From Aggregatilineales bacterium (GTDB lineage: Bacteria > Chloroflexota > Anaerolineae > Aggregatilineales > Phototrophicaceae), in assembly GCA_044226855.1 (NCBI GenBank), contig JBGAGF010000013.1, forward strand, positions 95,507 to 159,506: 64,000 bases of DNA, in the 5' to 3' direction. The position numbers were made by a program, and so were the translations under genes. Shown here in pieces: positions 28,538 to 39,242 of this stretch (its first letter is position 1; each line of letters opens with the position of its first letter). Below the pieces are notes generated by a model that was given only the letters and a program-made list of their open reading frames with translations, made no database searches and had not been told where the DNA came from.

Positions 28538-29557
28538 TTAAGGTGCTTTGAATTGCAGCAGGTACTTGGGGAATTTGACGCCCAGCGCTTTGCGGATAAC
28601 AGCGGCATGATCGAGGTAATGATCTAAGGCCGCGACGAAACAGTGATAGGCGGTGGGATAGTCGCTGAATTCGCCGCCATAAGGATCAGCCAGCATGTCA
28701 TCGCTGACGGTTTGCAATTCGGTTAGCAGCGCTTGACGCGCGGCGAGACAATGCTCGGCGATCTTCTTGTAGGATTTCTTGCGGCTGGCGGTCACCAACT
28801 TTTCGTTTAATCCGTCGGGATCGCCGTCATCTTTCCAACCAAGTTTGATTGTGGGTTCACCGACCATCGCATAGTAGGTATTCAGATACCAATCATCCCA
28901 GTCAGCCAGATGTCCCAGAACATCTTTGAGTGTCCATGTGCCGCAGACAGGTAGCGTTTCCCGTTCACTCTCCAGCACGAGGGCCGCAGTTGCCCACAGA
29001 TCATCACGGGCGGATTCAATCGCCGCATAGAGGATGATTTTGGAAGGCGGCAGTGGCGATTCGGGTAAGGCTTTGCGCCACTCTTCCAGATCATCCATGT
29101 GTCCGGCATCATGCGTAAAACGCCACTGTCCCCATGTTTTGATGGTGCCAGTGCTGTTGCCTTCTTTATTGCCGAATTTCCAATGAAAACGGTAGCGCTT
29201 GGTAAGCTGGACGTCAGGAACGCTAGAGAAAATTTTAACGAACGCTTCGCGGTTGGTCAGCATGAACTCAACTGATTGATCCAGTGACCAACTGCCCACA
29301 CGGGTCGGAACCAGATGATCGCGCGTATCAGAGTAATCAACACCTATTTTCGCCAGTTCACCGGACAGGGCGTCTGTGACCATCTGGGTGTAGAGTTTGT
29401 CCTGTTCGCCGAGATGGGCCAGCAGGTTAGCGGCTGTCCAATCGCCATAGAGGCGGCTTTGGGTCAGGGCATCTTCATCGATGTTGATGAGTTCACGAAT
29501 AAGACGGGCACGGACGGCGGCCATACGGGCGAGGATGAGTTCTTTTTCAGTGGGCAT
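28538..29557 (-). CDS. DinB/YfiT-like family protein (tandem domains)
   Basis: Two DinB_2-like four-helix-bundle halves, each with a conserved His-rich pattern. Start taken at MPTEKE. Confidence 0.5.
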   Translation of the reverse strand: MPTEKELILARMAAVRARLIRELINIDEDALTQSRLYGDWTAANLLAHLGEQDKLYTQMVTDALSGELAKIGVDYSDTRDHLVPTRVGSWSLDQSVEFMLTNREAFVKIFSSVPDVQLTKRYRFHWKFGNKEGNSTGTIKTWGQWRFTHDAGHMDDLEEWRKALPESPLPPSKIILYAAIESARDDLWATAALVLESERETLPVCGTWTLKDVLGHLADWDDWYLNTYYAMVGEPTIKLGWKDDGDPDGLNEKLVTASRKKSYKKIAEHCLAARQALLTELQTVSDDMLADPYGGEFSDYPTAYHCFVAALDHYLDHAAVIRKALGVKFPKYLLQFKAP

Positions 29558-29741
29558 AGATATTGTTAGCCAGAAACGGCACGTTAGAATACACAATAAA
29601 GTTGATGATTACTTTCAGTATACGGGGAAAGCGAAGCTCCTGCCAACATCGAAATGATGTGCAAACGAACTGTAACACACCCGTCAAGCGAGAGAACATT
29701 ATAATGAAGTGGTGTGATGGTTACGGTCGATTAGGATTGAT

Positions 29742-30509
29742 ATGATTACGAGCATCCAGAATGAGAAAGTGAAGCTGGCGAAAGCGCTCCAAGGAGCCTC
29801 CAAGACACGTCGCAAAGAAGGCTTAATTGTGTTGGAAGGCCTGCGCTTGGTGCGTGACGCGATGCTCAGTGGACATAAGCCGGTCTTTCTATTCGCGACA
29901 CCGGAGTTCCACGACGACGCCGTAATGGGTTTAGCACGGGCACATGGGGTAGAGATGCTCAATGTGGATGCAGCGGTCATGCAGCACGTCAGTGATACGC
30001 AGCAGCCGCAGGGTATCTTGGGGGTTTTCCCGATGCCTAAAGCAGCGCTGCCCGACCGGTTACAGCAGGTGCTGATCCTAGACTCAATCCGTGATCCCGG
30101 CAATCTTGGGACGATTTTGCGGACAGCCGCTGCATCCGGTGTGCAAGCCGTCATTCTCTCACCGACCTGCGCCGATCCCTATAATCCCAAGGTGCTGCGC
30201 GGAGGGATGGGCGCTCATTTCCGTGTACCAGTCGTCAATATGGAATGGGCACAGATTGAACAAGTTTGTGCGGATAAAGCGGTGTATATCGCGGACGGGA
30301 CAGGCCAAACGCTGTACGATGAAGCGGATTGGTCAAGCAGTTGGACGCTGATCATCGGCAGTGAAGCACATGGAGCGGGTGACACGGCGCAAAGACTGGC
30401 AACCACCCGCATTCGAATCCCGATGGCAGCGGATACTGAATCACTGAACGCAGCCATCGCGGCAGGCATCATTCTGTTCGAAGCGCGCCGTCATCAATCT
30501 AACAAGTAA
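29742..30509 (+). CDS. TrmH/SpoU family RNA 2'-O-methyltransferase
   Basis: SPOUT motifs GNLGTILRTAAASGV and IGSEAHG...IPMAADTESLNAAIAAGIIL. Confidence 0.75.
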   Translation: MITSIQNEKVKLAKALQGASKTRRKEGLIVLEGLRLVRDAMLSGHKPVFLFATPEFHDDAVMGLARAHGVEMLNVDAAVMQHVSDTQQPQGILGVFPMPKAALPDRLQQVLILDSIRDPGNLGTILRTAAASGVQAVILSPTCADPYNPKVLRGGMGAHFRVPVVNMEWAQIEQVCADKAVYIADGTGQTLYDEADWSSSWTLIIGSEAHGAGDTAQRLATTRIRIPMAADTESLNAAIAAGIILFEARRHQSNK

Positions 30510-30513
30510 TGAC

Positions 30514-31038
30514 ATGAAGTTCCCAATCGACTTACGCACGTTAACGGCTGTGATATTGATCCTAGCATTCGCTCATGAGGGCTTAGGGCGTGATTTACCA
30601 TTTGATACGTCTGATGGCGTCACGTTCGTCAGTCAAGTGGCGCTGTTTGCCAGTTATCTCTATTTGATGCGCACATTGATTCGCCTGCCCTTCGCGGTGG
30701 CTATTACGTTGCGGCGTACCCGATATGCTCAACAGCAGTACAAACTCAGTGCCATCGAAAGCCTGCGTGATGGATATACTCGCGGCTTTTTGGATAACCG
30801 TCGCTGGTCGGTTGAACCGCTGGCCTTGGTCGATCGTGTCATGATTTGCACGGCGACGCTGCTAGTGACCATTCCGGGGTTAGGTGGATTACTCATCACG
30901 CTCGGCGGATTTCTCGGTATGGCCTTGCTGCTGATGCTGTATCTGATGCGAGGAACCTTTAGCTGGTTGGTGGCTGACCAACTGGAAAGTCCGGTGCAGT
31001 CGTCGTTACAACTGCCATTCATTAATCGACGGGATTGA
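30514..31038 (+). CDS. hypothetical membrane protein
   Basis: Several predicted TM helices. No recognisable domain. Confidence 0.45.
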   Translation: MKFPIDLRTLTAVILILAFAHEGLGRDLPFDTSDGVTFVSQVALFASYLYLMRTLIRLPFAVAITLRRTRYAQQQYKLSAIESLRDGYTRGFLDNRRWSVEPLALVDRVMICTATLLVTIPGLGGLLITLGGFLGMALLLMLYLMRGTFSWLVADQLESPVQSSLQLPFINRRD

Positions 31039-31093
31039 GCAATAAAAAAGGGATGGCTTGTGTGCCATCCCCCAAAAACTACACCGCAATTGT

Positions 31094-32908
31094 CTACGAC
31101 TTCTCAACCTTTACAGGTGCGCTGTTGCCGTTGGTTGTGGGCGCAGCCATCTTCTGAAGTTCGCCACGCAGCATCACACCCAGCAAGGCTTCGACGACAC
31201 CACCACCCTGACCACTGCCATTGACCGCGATGTCGGGGATGATACGGACTTTCTGATCACCCACGATTTGCATCAGTTGGACAGCGGTAAAGCCCTGTTG
31301 ACCCATCGCCTCGGCACCGGCGCGGTAGGCCGCAGCCTTCGCTTCACCGATAGCACGGACGGCTTCGGCTTCACCATTCGCCTTGAGACGGATGGACTCC
31401 GCTTCACCTTCGGCACGCTTGATCTCAGCTCTCGCCTGCAGCTCGGAGATGCTCACGCCCTGTTCGGACTTGACCATCTCCTGCTGAATTTCGGCAAGCG
31501 CGGTTGCACGAACCAACTGCTGGCGCTGAGCCTGCGCTTCTTCCTGCACTTGATAGGTCTTGTTCTGCTCCTCAGCGATCTTACGGTCGGTCAGTGTTTG
31601 CATCAGTGTCGGCGGCGGAACAATCTTACCGATCAGCGTGTCGATGGCTTCCACATCATAAGCATTAATCGCTTTACTGACGTGAACCGTCGCTTCTTCC
31701 TGCCGTTCACTACGGGCAATCAGGAAGTCAAGAACGGTAAAGCCCTGCGCCGCATTACGGAAGTAGTTGCTGACAATCGGCTGTAAGACATGGTCAACCA
31801 TGTTTTGTACCGACCCGATCCGGCTGATGACCTTAGGCGCTTCCAATGCACCGACGTGAATGATCTGCGCCACATCGAGTTCGAAGGTAAAACCGTCCCT
31901 CGAGTTAACCGTGATCGAGTTCAGCGACTTATCATAGCTGTGATCCTCGGTACGCGGTGACCAGTTCAAGACAATGTTGGTAGTTGGCACCAGTTCGACT
32001 TTCATCACGCGAGTATTGAGCGGATGCTTGCCGGGATACAGCGGCGTGACCCACACACCTTTATGACCCTGATTCACAAGGTCGCCGTGCTTAAATTCCG
32101 CACCGCTAACATCAATGTGTGCCTTACCGACGAACGAGATGACCACACCAACATAACCTATCGGAATTTGGGTCATCGGCACCTGCTCGACGCCGACAAA
32201 CCAAGGGTTCAGGTTCCATGAACCGGAGAGCAAAACCTGTTCCTGCAAACCACGCCGTCCGCCTGCTTGCAGAAAAGCCTGTGCATTTTGGAAATTATCA
32301 TGCGCCGGAATATAGAGACCTGCGATTTCACCGTCATCAATCGGCGCACCATCCAGCGTCGTAACGATACCAACCATATCCGGCTCGACACGGTAAATCA
32401 TCAAGTCGTCCGGATTCATGCCCTGCTGTGCGGCGTTGGCTCGGGTGATGACCGTGAAAAGCGCGGTATTGATACGATACGCACCGGCTGTCAAAATGCC
32501 TAACTGACGACCTTTTTCACCCCCGTTGGTCAAGAACTTGCGCGCATCCTGAAAGTCGTTGCAATCGACGACTTTGCCGAGAATACGTTCCGGCGGAATG
32601 GATGAACCATCAGCGGCGACGACCAGACCGATTTCACCCTGCGGAATAACGGTTACCGGTACTTTGCGAACGTTATAGACCCACGGAAAATAACCGAGGT
32701 GGAAACCGGGAGCCAGCGTATCCGCTTGGTAACCCGCTTCCCCATGTAGGGCGATCAAACGATCAGGCGGCAAGGATTTGCCTGAAAAGCGCTTCACCAC
32801 CACACCCACTTGACGTTCACTGATGATCACCAGACCTGTCGCGGCAAAAACCCCCAAGATAACCAGAATGACCACGACAATCGGGATCAATAAGCTAAAC
32901 AGCTCCAT
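31094..32908 (-). CDS. flotillin-like SPFH/band-7 family protein
   Basis: N-terminal TM anchor and an SPFH domain. A long EA-rich coiled coil (EEAQAQRQQ...AEGEAESIRLKANGEAEAVRAIGEAKAAAYRAGAEA) is typical of bacterial flotillins (YqiK/FloT). Confidence 0.75.
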   Translation of the reverse strand: MELFSLLIPIVVVILVILGVFAATGLVIISERQVGVVVKRFSGKSLPPDRLIALHGEAGYQADTLAPGFHLGYFPWVYNVRKVPVTVIPQGEIGLVVAADGSSIPPERILGKVVDCNDFQDARKFLTNGGEKGRQLGILTAGAYRINTALFTVITRANAAQQGMNPDDLMIYRVEPDMVGIVTTLDGAPIDDGEIAGLYIPAHDNFQNAQAFLQAGGRRGLQEQVLLSGSWNLNPWFVGVEQVPMTQIPIGYVGVVISFVGKAHIDVSGAEFKHGDLVNQGHKGVWVTPLYPGKHPLNTRVMKVELVPTTNIVLNWSPRTEDHSYDKSLNSITVNSRDGFTFELDVAQIIHVGALEAPKVISRIGSVQNMVDHVLQPIVSNYFRNAAQGFTVLDFLIARSERQEEATVHVSKAINAYDVEAIDTLIGKIVPPPTLMQTLTDRKIAEEQNKTYQVQEEAQAQRQQLVRATALAEIQQEMVKSEQGVSISELQARAEIKRAEGEAESIRLKANGEAEAVRAIGEAKAAAYRAGAEAMGQQGFTAVQLMQIVGDQKVRIIPDIAVNGSGQGGGVVEALLGVMLRGELQKMAAPTTNGNSAPVKVEKS

Positions 32909-33293
32909 ACTGAACCTCTCTACCCTGCATGAAAAAAGCAGGTATAACAATTTAAGTATCAAATGTATCAACTACAACTGTACACCTGTTTTTCCCTCGT
33001 GATGGTTACAGTTTCTACATTTGACGATGACTATTATCTAACCAATTTCTCAGCTTGTACCCCCTACACATTGGGGGGCACAAACGGATTTTATATTTCC
33101 TAAGAGGGGGAGTGGACGCTTTAACTCATCGTCTATTCATAAATTGAAGCTGAGAAATATAGGCAGGTTTGGTAGAACAAATCGGGGTTTTGAGATACTG
33201 AGTGCTGGGCTAGAAAAGTTGGAACAAGATGGTATGTGAGTTGCAAGACATGAGGAGAGCAGATTATTCGCCTGCTCTCATGACTCACAGATT

Positions 33294-33893
33294 TTACATC
33301 TGAGCGTTTGCCGAATTGGGCTGGAAGTGGGAGGCGGTTTCGACCACCATCTTGCCGAGTTGGGTCAGACGTGCGGCAATCTTCTCGTTGATGACGACAC
33401 CATTTGGGTCAAATGTCTTCTTTGCGCCATGAATCGGCACCGAAAGCGGCAGTACATAACCCCGCAGGGAATGAACCACATTGACCATGGCGTTAATCGA
33501 GTGAACATCGGCCATATCGCCCGACGCAGTCGCGATCAATCCAACCGGCTTGTTGTGCAGATAGGGACGCGGGGCATCCGCCAAAAACTCCAGATAGTCG
33601 AGTGCATTCTTGGTCACGCCAGCCAACGTGCCATGATAAGCCGCCGTGCTGAACAGGAAGCCATCGGCATGGCGCATAATTTGAATGAAATCCTGCACAT
33701 TTTGCCCGTAGTCTTCCAATTCATAATCCGGTTGGTACATGGGCAAATCGAGGCGGCGTAAATCCAAGAGTTGAGTCGCTGCGCCCTCGGCACGGGCCGA
33801 TTCGAGTGCGTGTTGCAGCGCCCACAGGCTGGTCGAGTTTTCGCGTAAGGTTCCGCCGAGGCCAACGATACGAATTGGAAGGTTGGTTGCCAT
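33294..33893 (-). CDS. NAD(P)H-dependent FMN reductase family oxidoreductase
   Basis: Flavodoxin-like pattern. LGGTLRENSTS near the N-terminus (SsuE/ArsH-like). Confidence 0.65.
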   Translation of the reverse strand: MATNLPIRIVGLGGTLRENSTSLWALQHALESARAEGAATQLLDLRRLDLPMYQPDYELEDYGQNVQDFIQIMRHADGFLFSTAAYHGTLAGVTKNALDYLEFLADAPRPYLHNKPVGLIATASGDMADVHSINAMVNVVHSLRGYVLPLSVPIHGAKKTFDPNGVVINEKIAARLTQLGKMVVETASHFQPNSANAQM

Positions 33894-34192
33894 AACACTA
33901 AATCCTTTGAAGCGGTGAAATTACAGTAAAAGTGATTAAACTCGGATGTGATGAGGTCTCAATCACTTACGCTTATGTTTTATCATCGTCGATCATGCGT
34001 GGAAATGGTACTGAAAACTAGACGTTTGGCAACATGTACCTTCGTACAGCATTCGCTAGGACATGCAGCGGAAAAAGGGACAAATCCGGCAAAAGGCTGA
34101 GCACACAATCCGACCATCAAGGGACGCCGAATCACAGCAGAGGTAATAAGCTGTTGTCAATCACTTTTCAAAGTATGTGCGAAGGATTGCCT

Positions 34193-34393
34193 ATGACCTC
34201 AACTCACCGACTGATTGCACTGATTTTTATCTGGATTGTGCTCGGTGTGGCACTCTTTTATGCCTTTGGCATCAGCTTATTTGTGCCACCCTATGCCGTG
34301 ATTACGCTCGCCGTGCTGCTTGTTGTGGCAGGCTTAACCGCAACATGGTTTGTGACACGTTCACCACGAGTAGAAGCATCAAAGCTTGACTAG
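34193..34393 (+). CDS. small two-TM membrane protein
   Basis: MTSTHRLIALIFIWIVLGVALFYAFGISLFVPPYAVITLAVLLVVAGL. Lies next to the two-component system. Confidence 0.4.
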   Translation: MTSTHRLIALIFIWIVLGVALFYAFGISLFVPPYAVITLAVLLVVAGLTATWFVTRSPRVEASKLD

Positions 34394-35026
34394 GCCACGT
34401 TGAACGGCCAGCGTGACCGCTTCGGTACGGTTGCCAGCGCCGAGTTTGCTGAGAATAGAACTAACATAAAACTTGACGGTACGCTCGGTGATGACCAGTT
34501 CAGCGGCGATTTCTTTATTTTGGAGACCCTGCGCCAGCAGCTTAAGGACATGCTGCTCGCGGGGTGTCAGCGCGTCCATATCGGGCGTAGGTTTATGATC
34601 ACCGGAAACTTGTCGCAGCAGCTTGGAGGCGACTACGGGCTGAAGCAGTGACCCGCCTCCATTAACCACGCGGATGGCGTTGAATATCTCTTCACGCGGG
34701 ACGCCTTTGAGCAGATAACCCTGCGCTCCGGCTTGCACCGCGCTGACGATTCGCTCATCGGTGTCGAAAGCCGTAAAGACAATCGTGCGGACAGTGGCGT
34801 GCGAATCACGAAGTTGGCGCAGCGTTTCCACGCCATCCATTTGTGGCATTTCAAGGTCAAGCAGCAGGACATCCGGCTTGACGGATTTGACCTGTTCCAG
34901 CGTTTCACGGCCATCGCCCGCTTTGCCTACGACTTCAAAATCGGACTGTGTGCCCAAGATCGAAATGAGACCATCGCGGACTATCGGATGATCATCCGCG
35001 ACCAGAATACGAATAGGAGTGTTCAT
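34379..35026 (-). CDS. LuxR/NarL family response regulator
   Basis: Receiver domain (ILVADDHPIVRDG...LLLDLEMP) plus a C-terminal HTH (LTPREQHVLKLLAQGLQNKEIA). Overlaps the kinase gene by 4 bp. Confidence 0.85.
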   Translation of the reverse strand: MNTPIRILVADDHPIVRDGLISILGTQSDFEVVGKAGDGRETLEQVKSVKPDVLLLDLEMPQMDGVETLRQLRDSHATVRTIVFTAFDTDERIVSAVQAGAQGYLLKGVPREEIFNAIRVVNGGGSLLQPVVASKLLRQVSGDHKPTPDMDALTPREQHVLKLLAQGLQNKEIAAELVITERTVKFYVSSILSKLGAGNRTEAVTLAVQRGLVKL

Positions 35027-36192
35027 AGGTTCGCCTCCAATGGGACGGTAATATCGAGTTCGGTGCCCGCACCGGGGCTGCTGCTGATTTGGAGTTTGCC
35101 TGAAAGAAGCTTGACCCGTTCGTTCATACCGATGAGGCCGAAGCGATCCGGCGCTGTTTTCTCAGGATCAAATCCCCGCCCATCATCGCCGATCAGCAGC
35201 TGAATTTGTTCGGGCATGACCATGAGGTGAACTGTCACGTGGTGAGCCTGCGCGTGTCGGCCAATATTCGTGAGCGCTTCTTGCACAATCCGGTAAAGTC
35301 CAATCTCGATCCGAACCGGCAGCATCCGCCCTGCCCCGACCACATTGAAATTGACGTTCACTTTGCGCCGTGACGCCCACTCATTCACCAGCGCCTTCAA
35401 GGCCTCATCAAGCGGGCGGCCTTCCAGTGGCGCGGCACGTAAATCCATCACCGAGCGGCGCGCTTCTTCCAGATTGGTTCGTGCTAGATACAGCGCTTGC
35501 ATGACCGATGCGTGTGCCCGTTCCAGTGAGCCACCGCTGTCCATCAAGGCGTCCGCCGTTTCGAGATTGAGCGCAATCGCGGTTAGCCCTTGCGCCAGCG
35601 TATCGTGAATTTCTCGCGCCAGACGGTTACGCTCCTCAATTGCGCCGATCTCAGCACTGCGGTTGAACAATCGGGCACGTTCAATGGCAATGGCGAGCAA
35701 ATCGCCCACCAGATACAAGAGCTGCAAATCCTCAGCACGCAAATCCCCCCAATCCGGACTCGCGACATTCAGGATACCCAACGGTTTTCCACGTGCATTG
35801 AGTGGGATGCTGGCGTGCTGGCGCAAACCCGCCGTCCCGACCGTCAAGTTTTCGAGACGGGTGCAGGTGATGTTCTCCGGCGCGGGCAGTTGATCATTAT
35901 TGAAGTACCACATGCAGTCACATGAGCCAGCCATACGGCGGGGATGTTCAGCTAACGCTGGCGGCAGGTTCTGCGCGGCAGCTAGATAAAATTTATTCTC
36001 GGCGTCCAGCAGAAAAATCCAACTGGTTTGCAGGTCAAACAGTTCAGCCACATCATGCAGCGCGACGTTCAAAGCACGTGTCAAATCCACTTCCTGATTA
36101 AGCGCCTTGGCAATGGTATTCAATATGGAAAGTTCGCGGTTTCGCCGCTGGAGCTTTTCGGTATCGGATTCCGATTTGGAACGACTCGCCAT
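35023..36192 (-). CDS. GAF-domain sensor histidine kinase (HisKA_3/NarX-LiaS type)
   Basis: GAF-like N-terminal half. H-box EERNRLAREIHDTLAQ and an HATPase_c domain (GDDGRGF...GLIGMNER). Confidence 0.8.
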   Translation of the reverse strand: MASRSKSESDTEKLQRRNRELSILNTIAKALNQEVDLTRALNVALHDVAELFDLQTSWIFLLDAENKFYLAAAQNLPPALAEHPRRMAGSCDCMWYFNNDQLPAPENITCTRLENLTVGTAGLRQHASIPLNARGKPLGILNVASPDWGDLRAEDLQLLYLVGDLLAIAIERARLFNRSAEIGAIEERNRLAREIHDTLAQGLTAIALNLETADALMDSGGSLERAHASVMQALYLARTNLEEARRSVMDLRAAPLEGRPLDEALKALVNEWASRRKVNVNFNVVGAGRMLPVRIEIGLYRIVQEALTNIGRHAQAHHVTVHLMVMPEQIQLLIGDDGRGFDPEKTAPDRFGLIGMNERVKLLSGKLQISSSPGAGTELDITVPLEANL

Positions 36193-36307
36193 GAACAATA
36201 TTCTCGCCTATCAGCACTGATTGCATTATACATCGCCCGATTGCAGAAATGATTGTCCACTGGTACAGTGTACGAAAGTAGCGAACAAACGAGCTAAGGA
36301 GAATACA

Positions 36308-37123
36308 ATGACAACTCGCCAGAGCGGTATGGCAGCCATTAACGGTACGCAGATGTATTACGAAATGGCAGGCGATGGTCATCCATTGGTGATGGTGCAC
36401 GCCGGTGTAGCTGATAACCGCATGTGGGACGCCCAATTTGATGTCTTCGCCGAAAAGTATCGAGTTATCCGCTTTGATCAGCGCGGATTTGGACAGACCA
36501 AGCCAGTCGATGGCGAGTTCAGGCGCTACGAAGACCTCTATGCGATGCTGACCTTCTTGGGCGTCCAGCAAACGTATTTGATAGGCTGCTCGATGGGCGG
36601 CGGTGCCTGTATTAACTTTGCGCTGGAACATCCCGACATGGCAAAGGCGCTTATCACGGTTGGGTCTGGTCCAGCGGGCTTTGAGTTTGATGGGCCGCCC
36701 CCACCGATTTGGGACGAACTGGTGAAAGCCGATGAAGCGGACGATATCGAGCGAGTCGCAGAACTTGAGGCACATATCTGGTTGGATGGGCCAAGCGCAC
36801 CGGCTGGACGAGTCGGAGGTGCTGTCCGTGAGAAGATGATGTCTATGAACTGGATTGCACTGCAAAACGAAAAACTCGACTTGGGCAAAGAACTCCCGCT
36901 CGATCCGCCAGCAGCCACACGATTAGGCGAACTTAACTTGCCAACACTCGTGCTTTATGGCGATCTCGATACGCCTTACATTCAGGCTGCAGGGAAATAC
37001 ATGGCGGAACACATCAAAGGCGCAAAAGAGGTCATCATGCCCAACACGGCGCACCTGCCGAGTATGGATCAGCCGCAAGCCTTTAACGAGCATGTTCTAT
37101 CATTTCTTGCATCACTGCCATAG
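36308..37123 (+). CDS. alpha/beta hydrolase fold protein
   Basis: ATG after AAGGAG. Nucleophile elbow GCSMGG and an HAGV oxyanion region. Confidence 0.7.
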   Translation: MTTRQSGMAAINGTQMYYEMAGDGHPLVMVHAGVADNRMWDAQFDVFAEKYRVIRFDQRGFGQTKPVDGEFRRYEDLYAMLTFLGVQQTYLIGCSMGGGACINFALEHPDMAKALITVGSGPAGFEFDGPPPPIWDELVKADEADDIERVAELEAHIWLDGPSAPAGRVGGAVREKMMSMNWIALQNEKLDLGKELPLDPPAATRLGELNLPTLVLYGDLDTPYIQAAGKYMAEHIKGAKEVIMPNTAHLPSMDQPQAFNEHVLSFLASLP

Positions 37124-37235
37124 TGAAAACAATCGACGCCTGTCATGCCCTAAACATTACGATTTCTTCTACCGGAAAAAATGGAGTGGACTGATCATAG
37201 GAGGGTAATCACTATCACATTGTAGAGGAATAAGA

Positions 37236-37928
37236 ATGACCACGCTCGAACAGAAACTGCGCGAAGAAATTTGTCTGGTTGGCAAACAGATGTACCAGAA
37301 CCGCTACGTCGATGGTACATCCGGGAATATTTCTGCGCGGTTGGACGACAACCACATCTTGATTACCCCATCCGGCTTATCCAAAGGCTTTATGCAGCCC
37401 GAGCAATTGCTGGTCGTCGATTTTGATGGCAATATAGTTGACCGGGACGCAGCAACCGCCAACCTGAAGCCCAGCACCGAGACACCCATGCATATCGAGG
37501 CCTACAAATGCCGTCCCGATGTTGGTGGCGTCGTTCATGCTCATCCCGCTTTTGCCGTGTCCTTGACGATGGCTGGAATTAACCTCCAAGCCTATACCAT
37601 TCCCGAAGCGATTATCCTGCTGGGCGAAGTGCCGAACGCCCCTTATGCCACACCGGCCACGACGGAAGACCGTGACGCCATTTCCAATTTGGCAGGCAAG
37701 CATGACGCCATCATGCTCTCGTTTCATGGCTCGCTGACCATGGGTAATGACCCGTGGCAGGCCTACATGCGCTTGGAAACCTTGGAACACACTGCCCATC
37801 TGACCTATCTCGTGCATCAACTGGGCGGTGGCAAATCACTGCCGGAACATCAAATCCGCAAGCTGCTGACGCTGCGTGAAAATTTCGGCTTGATGCATCC
37901 TGAGGAAAAGGAACTGGTCCTCGCCTGA
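37236..37928 (+). CDS. class II aldolase/adducin family protein (L-fuculose-1-phosphate aldolase-like)
   Basis: GTSGNISAR, HAHPAFAV and SFHGS zinc/His motifs. Confidence 0.7.
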   Translation: MTTLEQKLREEICLVGKQMYQNRYVDGTSGNISARLDDNHILITPSGLSKGFMQPEQLLVVDFDGNIVDRDAATANLKPSTETPMHIEAYKCRPDVGGVVHAHPAFAVSLTMAGINLQAYTIPEAIILLGEVPNAPYATPATTEDRDAISNLAGKHDAIMLSFHGSLTMGNDPWQAYMRLETLEHTAHLTYLVHQLGGGKSLPEHQIRKLLTLRENFGLMHPEEKELVLA

Positions 37929-38155
37929 ACCCTTCAAATGACTGTTTGAATATTCCACTCAAGCCCCTTTGTGACGGAATGACGCCGTTCTTACTCCCTC
38001 TTTCTCCAGTGCGAAGCCTCCCGTGGGATGCAATGGGGAAAGAGGGTTGGGGAGATAGGGGAGTTTCAGCGGTGACCTAACGCTTCACAAGGCTCATCAA
38101 ATAAGGAGTACGGGTATAATAACCATAGCGCATTGATGATGACAAAGGCTGCTCT

Positions 38156-39226
38156 ATGGCTAATAACCCGACTCCACCACCCGGCGGTGCAAAAGTCTAT
38201 GAAATGCAGTGGGACTGCAAGTTCTGCGGTACCAAAAAACTGCTGGGTAAAACCCACCGTTTCTGCCCCAACTGCGGCGCTCAGCAAGACCCGACGTGGC
38301 GCTATTTTCCATCGGATTCCGAGAAGGTCGCCGTTCAAGATCATGTCTATGTCGGCGCGGATATAATCTGCAAAGCCTGCCAGACCCTAAACAGCGGTAA
38401 ATCGGAATTCTGCACCAACTGCGGTGCGCCGCTCAGTGATGCCGCACGCGCCAAGCAGGGTGCAAGCCGCACCAAAGGCGATGGCGAATCCTTTACAACC
38501 GAGGACTTGAAGCAGCGGCAGTTGGGAGATCAAGTCCCTGCGCTCGCCGCTGCCGCCAAACCTGCGACAAAGAGCGGCGGCATCCTCAGCAAATGGAAGC
38601 TGATCGCACTGGTCGTGGTCGTCCTTATTGGCGGCGCGATTTTTGCCCTCACCCGTACCACCAAAGCCACGGCTTATGTCACCGGCTATAAGTGGAATCG
38701 CAGCATTCAAGTCCAGTCGCTTCAGCCTGTCCATAACAAGACACGCTGTGAAAGTATGCCCAGCGCGGCCTACAACGTCTCGCGCAGCTACGAACAGGTC
38801 GATACTAAGCAAATTCCGGATGGGCAAACCTGCCACACCAAGCAGGTTGATCAAGGGGATGGCACCTTCCGCGAAGAGCAGCAGTGCGAAACCAAGTATC
38901 GCAGCGAGCCGGTCATGGGCTACATGTGCTCGTTTGTGACCAACCAGTGGGTCGGCGTCAGTCCGGTGGTCGCCAGTGGGGATAAATCAACCGCGCCGTA
39001 TTGGCCGAATTCGAACGCCACCAACTGCTCGACCATTGGCTGCACCCGTGAAGGTGGACGTGACGAAACCTATACCTTGATGCTCAAAGGGGACGGTGAT
39101 CGTCCCTTCGAATGTAAGGTCGCCTATGACCTCTGGCAAAACACGTCCTTGGAGAAGACCTTTGATGTGGAAGTCGGTACGCTGCTGCACAATTTCCTGT
39201 GCAGCACCTTGAAGCCGAAGTCGTAA
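38156..39226 (+). CDS. double zinc-ribbon membrane protein, hypothetical
   Basis: Two CxxC...CPNCG/CTNCG pairs N-terminally, one TM helix, and a Cys-containing extracytoplasmic domain. Confidence 0.5.
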   Translation: MANNPTPPPGGAKVYEMQWDCKFCGTKKLLGKTHRFCPNCGAQQDPTWRYFPSDSEKVAVQDHVYVGADIICKACQTLNSGKSEFCTNCGAPLSDAARAKQGASRTKGDGESFTTEDLKQRQLGDQVPALAAAAKPATKSGGILSKWKLIALVVVVLIGGAIFALTRTTKATAYVTGYKWNRSIQVQSLQPVHNKTRCESMPSAAYNVSRSYEQVDTKQIPDGQTCHTKQVDQGDGTFREEQQCETKYRSEPVMGYMCSFVTNQWVGVSPVVASGDKSTAPYWPNSNATNCSTIGCTREGGRDETYTLMLKGDGDRPFECKVAYDLWQNTSLEKTFDVEVGTLLHNFLCSTLKPKS

Positions 39227-39242
39227 ACTGTAAAAGCTATTC

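Noticed and set aside
33327-33761. 144-aa plus-strand ORF overlapping the FMN reductase gene
   Set aside because: Antisense shadow ORF. No domain, no RBS.
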